Part shown: positions 58,545-64,000 of the stretch, piece by piece
How positions within the stretch are numbered: position 1 is the stretch's first letter
Layout of the letters: each line of letters opens with the position of its first letter
Source of the DNA: an uncultured Planctomycetota bacterium
GTDB taxonomy: Bacteria; Planctomycetota; PLA2; JAEUHO01
Direction of reading: 5' to 3'
Assembly (NCBI GenBank): GCA_963752285.1
Contig: CAVVXN010000005.1
Span: 1,472,001-1,536,000 of the forward strand
Length of the DNA stretch: 64,000 bases
The notes under the pieces: generated by a model
Seen by the model: the letters and a program-made list of their open reading frames with translations, nothing else
Databases searched by the model: none
Told to the model about the DNA's origin: nothing
Made by a program: the position numbers and the translations under genes

Positions 58545-58639
58545 CTCGCGTCGAGGGTACCGGCTCCGCCGCCGGGCCGGAGGACTCGGTCCCCGGGTAC
58601 CGGGGCCCGCGCGAAGCGCCCGATCCGTACAATCCGCCC

Positions 58640-60499
58640 GTGCGCGGCGCGGCCCTCCTCCTCCTCTCCGCCTTCCTCGTCTGCCTCGCCGGACCCCGGG
58701 CCGCCGCCGATGCCGCCGAGGCGCCCGCGGCGTGGCGCGACGCCGCCGGGCTCGCCCGGATGCTCTCCGACGCGTGCGACGCGGTCGAGCAGGTCTCGGG
58801 CGCGCGGTTCCGCCGTCGACCGGACGTGCGGATCTCCACGCAGGCCGACGTCGAGCAGCTGCTCGCGGCGCAGACCGAGGGGCAGCGGGGCATGCTCGAG
58901 ACGACGCCCGACCGCTCGCGGGCCTTCCTCGCGTACTACGACCCGCCGCGCCTCGAGGTGCACGTCCTCCCCGACCAGATCGCGGCGGTGGCGGCCGCCC
59001 TCGGCGCGCCGGAGCTGCTCGACGAGGACGTGCTCCGGGTCGTCCTCGTGCACGAGGCCACGCACGCCCTCGACTTCCAGCGCTTCGCCGAGCAGTGGGT
59101 CCTCGCGTGCTGCTCCGCCTCCGACGAGCGACTCGCGACGGAGGCGGCCCTCGAGGGCCACGCGCAGCTCGTGGCGGAGGAGGTGGCCCGTCGGTGGGGC
59201 ATCGAGCGCGCGTTCGAGACGCTGACGCGCCTCTACTCGGGGGCGTACGCGCCCCCGGGCACGGAACGGGGCAGCCCGGGCTTCGACCAGGAGGCCGCGT
59301 TCACGTACCTGCAGGGCGCGGCGTTCATGCGGGCGGTCGCCGACGCGAAGGGACCGGAGGGCGTGGCCACGGCGCTGGAGGACCCGCCGTGCGAGACGCG
59401 CGTGGTGGACCGTCCCGCGCTCTGGCTCGACCCGGCGCTCCGGGACGGGGAGCCCGACCTCCAGGCCGTGCTCGAGGTGTTCCGTCCCCTCTCGACGCGA
59501 CCCGGATGGGCCGTCTCGAAGTGGCGGATGCTCGGGCCGGCCCCGGCGCTCCTGGGTGGCGAGACCGCGCCGGACGGGAAGCCGCTCGTCCCCTACGTGG
59601 ACGACCACGGCCTCTACGCCGGGTCGGCCGACGGCAACCGCTACCTGAACGTCTTCCTCGCCACGTGGGCGAACGAAGCGGACGCCCAGCGATTCGCGGA
59701 CGCGCTTCTCCGGATCGACCGTGCGCGGGACCGCGAGCCGGGCTGGCAGACGGCCGCGCGCGCGGACGGCGCGGGGACCGAGCACGCGCTCGTCGGCTTC
59801 ACGTCGTGGCGCCGGGCGGCGACGGGAGGGCCGGACACCGAGATGGCGATCCAGGTCGCGCGCGTCGGGCGGAACGTGATGGAGGTGACCGCCTTCGGCC
59901 TGCCGGCCGCCGAGCGTCCCGCCCAGGCGAAGACGGTGGACCTCGCGGCGCGCCTCCTCCTGGCCCCCCCCACCACGGCCTGCGCCGTCGCGCTCCGCGC
60001 GGAGGTGAAGGACCTCCTCGCGGCGCGCGAGGACCGCGACATGGACGGGGCCCGACTGATCCTGCGCGACCTGCTCCCCTCCGGGCAGGACCTCCGACGC
60101 GTCGTCCGGCGCCCGTACGCGGGCGCGTTCGAGAGCGGCTACGACGGGCTCCGTCTGGCGCTCCGGACGACGGAGGTCACGAACGCCACCGTGCTGGCCG
60201 CGCTCCGCGGCGTCGGGAAGGACGCGCGCGTGCGCGCATGGGGCGCGACGACGGAGGACCTCGCGACGGGCCGCGGCCACGCGTCGCGCTTCCCGGACGA
60301 GATGCGCGCGTTCGCGCGCGACGTGGCCGCGCCCGGCACGCAGTGGATCGTGCTCGTCACCACGCCGACCGAGGGCGGGCCCGAGACGACCTGGACCTGC
60401 TTCGTCCGCCTCGCCGACCGCTTCCTCTGGATCCGCGACCCCTGGCGCGTGACGGGACTCCCGACGATCTCGACGACGGTGTCGGCGACGTCGCGCTGA
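58640..60499 (+). CDS. Exported hypothetical protein with zincin-like HExxH motif
   Basis: GTG start, signal peptide, LVHEATHALDFQRF...ALEGHA. Confidence 0.75.
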   Translation: MRGAALLLLSAFLVCLAGPRAAADAAEAPAAWRDAAGLARMLSDACDAVEQVSGARFRRRPDVRISTQADVEQLLAAQTEGQRGMLETTPDRSRAFLAYYDPPRLEVHVLPDQIAAVAAALGAPELLDEDVLRVVLVHEATHALDFQRFAEQWVLACCSASDERLATEAALEGHAQLVAEEVARRWGIERAFETLTRLYSGAYAPPGTERGSPGFDQEAAFTYLQGAAFMRAVADAKGPEGVATALEDPPCETRVVDRPALWLDPALRDGEPDLQAVLEVFRPLSTRPGWAVSKWRMLGPAPALLGGETAPDGKPLVPYVDDHGLYAGSADGNRYLNVFLATWANEADAQRFADALLRIDRARDREPGWQTAARADGAGTEHALVGFTSWRRAATGGPDTEMAIQVARVGRNVMEVTAFGLPAAERPAQAKTVDLAARLLLAPPTTACAVALRAEVKDLLAAREDRDMDGARLILRDLLPSGQDLRRVVRRPYAGAFESGYDGLRLALRTTEVTNATVLAALRGVGKDARVRAWGATTEDLATGRGHASRFPDEMRAFARDVAAPGTQWIVLVTTPTEGGPETTWTCFVRLADRFLWIRDPWRVTGLPTISTTVSATSR

Positions 60500-60640
60500 G
60501 GACCCGAGGGGGCGAACCCAGGCGAAGGCCCGCGGGCGCTTCCTTGCGGACGCCCCCGCCGCGCGACGGCACGCGCGCTCGTGCTCGGGACCCGAACCGG
60601 GACCGTGACCGTGGTGGGTCTTCGTGCCGGTCCGCCCGGC

Positions 60641-61858
60641 TCACTGCCCCGCCCCCACGGCTCCCACCGGCCCCACCGCCCCCGCCGGCCCGCAGCGCGA
60701 CAGCGCCAGCAGCGTGTAGCCCGTGCCGTACGGCTTGTGGTAGCGGTAGAGCTGGTAGTCCCACCACGAGCCGTCGGGCTCCTGGAGCGGGACCAGGCGG
60801 TCGGCGATCGCGTGGCGGTGGTGCTCCCGGGCGTCCGGGGGGACGTGGTCGAGGAGCAGGCTCGCGTACGCGTACCCGTAGAGGAAGAAGTAGCCGGAGT
60901 TCTGGAACCAGGACTCGTGCGGGATCGGGTACTTCCGGGCGATCGCGAGGAAGTGGCCGTGCCGATCGAGACGGTCGAGCGCGTCCACGAGCCTCGTCTC
61001 GGCCACCTTCTCGCCCGAGGCGACGAGGCAGGCGAGGCAGGCGGGCGTGCGCGCGAGGCTCCCCATCGGGTGGTTCACGCCGCGCGGCACCCTCGGGTCC
61101 AGCGTGAACGAGTACGCGTACGCACCGCCGGGGAGCCGGCACGCGTGGATCAGCGCCACGCCGCGGCGCACCATGCGGCCGGGCACCTCGATGCCCTGCT
61201 TCTCGATGTCGGCGAGGGCGACGAGCACGGCGGCCGTCGTGAAGCTGGTGGCGTAGCCGTAGCTCGGGGTCTGCGTCTGCGCGTTGAAGTCGTAGTAGCC
61301 CCAGCCCCCGTCCACGTACTCGTAGTGCTGCAGCAGGCGAACCGCCTCGCGCGCCGCGGCCTCGAGCCGCGCGCGCCGCACCGGATCGTGCTCGAGCGGG
61401 AGGAGCGCCGCGAAGGCCTCCAGCGCGTAGGCGTGCGCCCAGGTGTTGTAGACGACGTCGGGCGCCGCGCGCTTCGCCGCGTGGTGGAGGACGAGCCAGT
61501 CTTCGCCCTTCCGGATCGCCGCCCGGGTCCCGGGGCGGTCGTCGTGCGCGGCGACGAGGCCCGCCACCGCGAGCCCGGAGGTCCCCACCTGGTACGCGTC
61601 GTAGGCCGCGCGCCCCGGCGCGTAGATGTCCACGGTCAGCGTGGGCGCGGTCGAGCCCCACGAGCCGTCCGCGTTCTGGCTCTCGACGAGGAAGTCCACG
61701 CCGCGGGTGATCGCCGCCGCGACCTCCTCGTCCGTGACGTGCCGCTTCGGGACGGGCGCCTCGGGGGCCGTCGCGTCGGGCCGGGCCAGGACCGGCGCCG
61801 CGTCCGCGGCGCCGAGCGCGAGACCGAGCGCGAGGAGCCCGGGGAGCACGCGCCTCAC
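60641..61858 (-). CDS. Exported prenyltransferase/squalene-oxidase-repeat protein
   Basis: GTGA coupling, signal peptide, QW-like repeats (SQNADGSW, DGGWGY, QEPDGSWWD). Confidence 0.85.
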   Translation of the reverse strand: MRRVLPGLLALGLALGAADAAPVLARPDATAPEAPVPKRHVTDEEVAAAITRGVDFLVESQNADGSWGSTAPTLTVDIYAPGRAAYDAYQVGTSGLAVAGLVAAHDDRPGTRAAIRKGEDWLVLHHAAKRAAPDVVYNTWAHAYALEAFAALLPLEHDPVRRARLEAAAREAVRLLQHYEYVDGGWGYYDFNAQTQTPSYGYATSFTTAAVLVALADIEKQGIEVPGRMVRRGVALIHACRLPGGAYAYSFTLDPRVPRGVNHPMGSLARTPACLACLVASGEKVAETRLVDALDRLDRHGHFLAIARKYPIPHESWFQNSGYFFLYGYAYASLLLDHVPPDAREHHRHAIADRLVPLQEPDGSWWDYQLYRYHKPYGTGYTLLALSRCGPAGAVGPVGAVGAGQ

Positions 61859-63297
61859 GGCTTCTCCTCGGGGGCGTTCACGCGCACGACCTGCCCCTCG
61901 GTGAGCCCGTCCAGGATCCGGACCCGGCCGTCGTCGCCCTTCTCCCCGACCTTCACCTCGTGGGGCACCGGCTTCCCGTCCTCGACCACCCACACGGTGG
62001 ACCGCCCGTCCTTCGTGCGGATCGCGGACGCGGGCACCGTCAGGGCCGCTTCCTCGTGCTGCCACGTGATCTTCGCCTTCGCGGACCCGCCGGGGACGAG
62101 GCGCGTGTCGGTCGCCGTGAGGGCCACCACGACCGACACCTGACCGCCCTGCACCACGGGCACGACCGACTCGACCTTGCCGGGGAGCGTGAGCTCGGGG
62201 GCGATCGCCGGTACGACCTCGCACGCGAGCCCCGTCCGGAGCTTGTCGAGGTCCTTCTCGGCGACGGCCGTCTCGAGTCGCACGTCGCCCCTCGTGAAGA
62301 TCGTGTAGAGCACCTGACCGGGCTTCACGCTGCCGCCCGAGGAGAGCAGCCGGGTCATCGCGCCGACGTCCTGCCACTTGCCGTCCTGGAAGCGACCGGG
62401 CACCGCGTACCCGTCGGTCGGCGCGACGACGCGGAGGTGGTCCACGTCCTGCCGGAGCTGCCCGAGCCGCGACTTCTGGCGGCCGAGGTCGTCGCGCGCC
62501 TTGTCGAGGGCGAGCCCCGCCAGATCGAGGTCGTACTGCGACCCGGCCTTCCACGACGCGAGGTCCTCGCGCCGCTGGCTCGCGTCCATCTCGAGGTTCT
62601 TCTCCTGGTCGGGGAGCTCGACCTCCAGGAACGTACGGTTGTGGTCGCGGGCGAGGTCGAGGTAGCGACGCGCACGGTCGAGGGAGCGACGCGCGCGCTT
62701 GAGGACGATCTCCTCCGTGTCCTCGATCAGGTCGTCCGACTTGTACATCTTCTCGAGCTGTTCGAGCTCGTCGGCCTGCTCCTGGACGCGGTCCCCCTGC
62801 GCCTGGAGGCCGAGCTCCGCCTGCGCGATGCGCTGCGGCTTCTCCTCCTCGCGGAAGCGCTCGAGCGCCGCGTCGGCACGGCGGGCCTTCTCCTCGAGAT
62901 CCTGCGTCCGGAGGTCGGTCGCCTCCTTCTTGTGGCGCGTGTCCGTCTCGAGCTTCTCCAGGCGGGTGCGCGCGGCGGTGAGCTCCCGCTCGGCGTCCCG
63001 GAGCTGCCGCGTGGCCTCCTCCTCCTGGAACCGCACGAGGACCTCGCCCTTGCGTACGGCCTTGGCGGGCGCCGCCTCCACGACCTCGAGGGGCCCGCCG
63101 TAGACGTCGCCTTCGAACGACACCTCGACGGCGTCGGCGGGCGCCAGGGTGCCGCTCACGTCGAGCGAGGCCGAGAACGGGCGCACGCCGAGCGTCTCGG
63201 TCGCGTTCGGGTCGTCCGCGGCGCGGGCCGGGTCGGGCCTCGCGAGGAGCGACACGGCGACGAGGGCGAGGAGCAGCGGACGGGCGATCTGGCGCAT
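61855..63297 (-). CDS. HlyD/RND membrane-fusion (periplasmic adaptor) protein with long coiled coil
   Basis: Signal peptide, VRKGEVLV, coiled coil, VVAPTDG, VPASAI...GLTEGQVV. Confidence 0.85.
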   Translation of the reverse strand: MRQIARPLLLALVAVSLLARPDPARAADDPNATETLGVRPFSASLDVSGTLAPADAVEVSFEGDVYGGPLEVVEAAPAKAVRKGEVLVRFQEEEATRQLRDAERELTAARTRLEKLETDTRHKKEATDLRTQDLEEKARRADAALERFREEEKPQRIAQAELGLQAQGDRVQEQADELEQLEKMYKSDDLIEDTEEIVLKRARRSLDRARRYLDLARDHNRTFLEVELPDQEKNLEMDASQRREDLASWKAGSQYDLDLAGLALDKARDDLGRQKSRLGQLRQDVDHLRVVAPTDGYAVPGRFQDGKWQDVGAMTRLLSSGGSVKPGQVLYTIFTRGDVRLETAVAEKDLDKLRTGLACEVVPAIAPELTLPGKVESVVPVVQGGQVSVVVALTATDTRLVPGGSAKAKITWQHEEAALTVPASAIRTKDGRSTVWVVEDGKPVPHEVKVGEKGDDGRVRILDGLTEGQVVRVNAPEEKP

Positions 63298-63400
63298 CGA
63301 CGGCCTCCCGGGGACGGAAGCGCCCTTGATACCCGGCCCGAGGGGCGCGTGAGAGAGGAGACCCGCGCGCGTCGCCCTCCTCCCGGCTAGCCTCCGCCGG

Positions 63401-64000
63401 ATGGAGTGGCGATCGGCGATCTCGACCGGGCCGGAGCTGGACCGCGTGATCGACGAGGTCCTCTCGGGTCTCGCGGACGCCGGGGGCCTGGGGCCGGACC
63501 GGCCCGCCGACCTCGCGTTCTGCTTCGTGGGGATGGAGCACCGCGGGGGCGTGGAGCACCTCCTCGAGCGCCTCGCCGTCGGTCTCGGGCGACCCGCGCT
63601 CCTCGGCTGCACGGCCAGCGGCGTGATCGCCGCCGGGCGGGAGCTCGAGTACGCGCCGGCGCTCGCGGTGCTCGCCGGCCGACTGCCGGGCGCGGCCGTG
63701 CACGCCTTCCACCTGACGGAAGCGGACCTCCCCGACGCCGACGCGTCGCCGCGGGCGTGGCACGAGGCGCTCGGCGTGTCGCCCGCCGACGAGCCGTCGT
63801 TCGTGGTGGTCCCGGACCCCCTCACGTTCCCGGCGGACCGTCTCCTCGCGGGGCTCGACTACGCCTGGCCGGGCGCCGTGACCCTCGGCGCGCTCGCGAG
63901 CGGCGCCACGCGGCCCGGGGCGCAGGCACTCTTCCTCGGCCCGCGCGTGCTCCGCGGCGGGGCGGTCGGCGTCGCGTTGATGGGTGACGTCGCGCTCCGG
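63401..64000 (+). CDS. FIST N-terminal domain protein (3'-truncated; not in ORF track)
   Basis: Hand translation: MEWRSAIST...DLAFCFV...LLGCTASGVI...PDPLTFPADRLLAGL...GALASG. Confidence 0.85.
   Translation, partial: MEWRSAISTGPELDRVIDEVLSGLADAGGLGPDRPADLAFCFVGMEHRGGVEHLLERLAVGLGRPALLGCTASGVIAAGRELEYAPALAVLAGRLPGAAVHAFHLTEADLPDADASPRAWHEALGVSPADEPSFVVVPDPLTFPADRLLAGLDYAWPGAVTLGALASGATRPGAQALFLGPRVLRGGAVGVALMGDVALR

Overview
Very GC-rich (roughly 75% by eye) chromosomal segment, most likely from an uncultured Planctomycetota/PVC-type bacterium. This is inferred from an ECF sigma + Ser/Thr kinase pair, a pilB-pilT-pilB-pilC cluster, an HTH-acidic-TM protein, and a dcw cluster without ftsA/ftsZ. 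Core content: yidC (3' end), radC, lpxD, a type IV pilus motor cluster, ppdK, moxR-yebC, rplM-rpsI, dcw (mraZ-rsmH-ftsL-ftsI-murE-murF-mraY-ftsW-murG-murC-murB-ftsQ), SRP RNA, tRNA-Ser(GGA), 2-oxoacid:ferredoxin oxidoreductase and an FGGY kinase. The most unusual signal is non-coding: three copies of a composite element (about 11.6-12.2, 32.4-33.2 and 50.1-50.5 kb). Each has a near-invariant 64-nt core closed by a locus-specific perfect 19-22 bp inverted repeat, followed by a tandem array of 33-35 nt hairpin units. All three start within about 2 nt of, or overlap, the 3' end of an upstream gene (pilC, rpsI, ffs), in the same orientation relative to that gene. The flanking coding DNA carries an apparent strand-specific synonymous C>T footprint. 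Other points of interest: a LysM-like insert in MraY, a compositionally distinct delta-60/ECF/STK block bounded by ~125 bp degenerate direct repeats, two frameshifted genes and several apparently leaderless genes. All calls are by eye; no searches were run.
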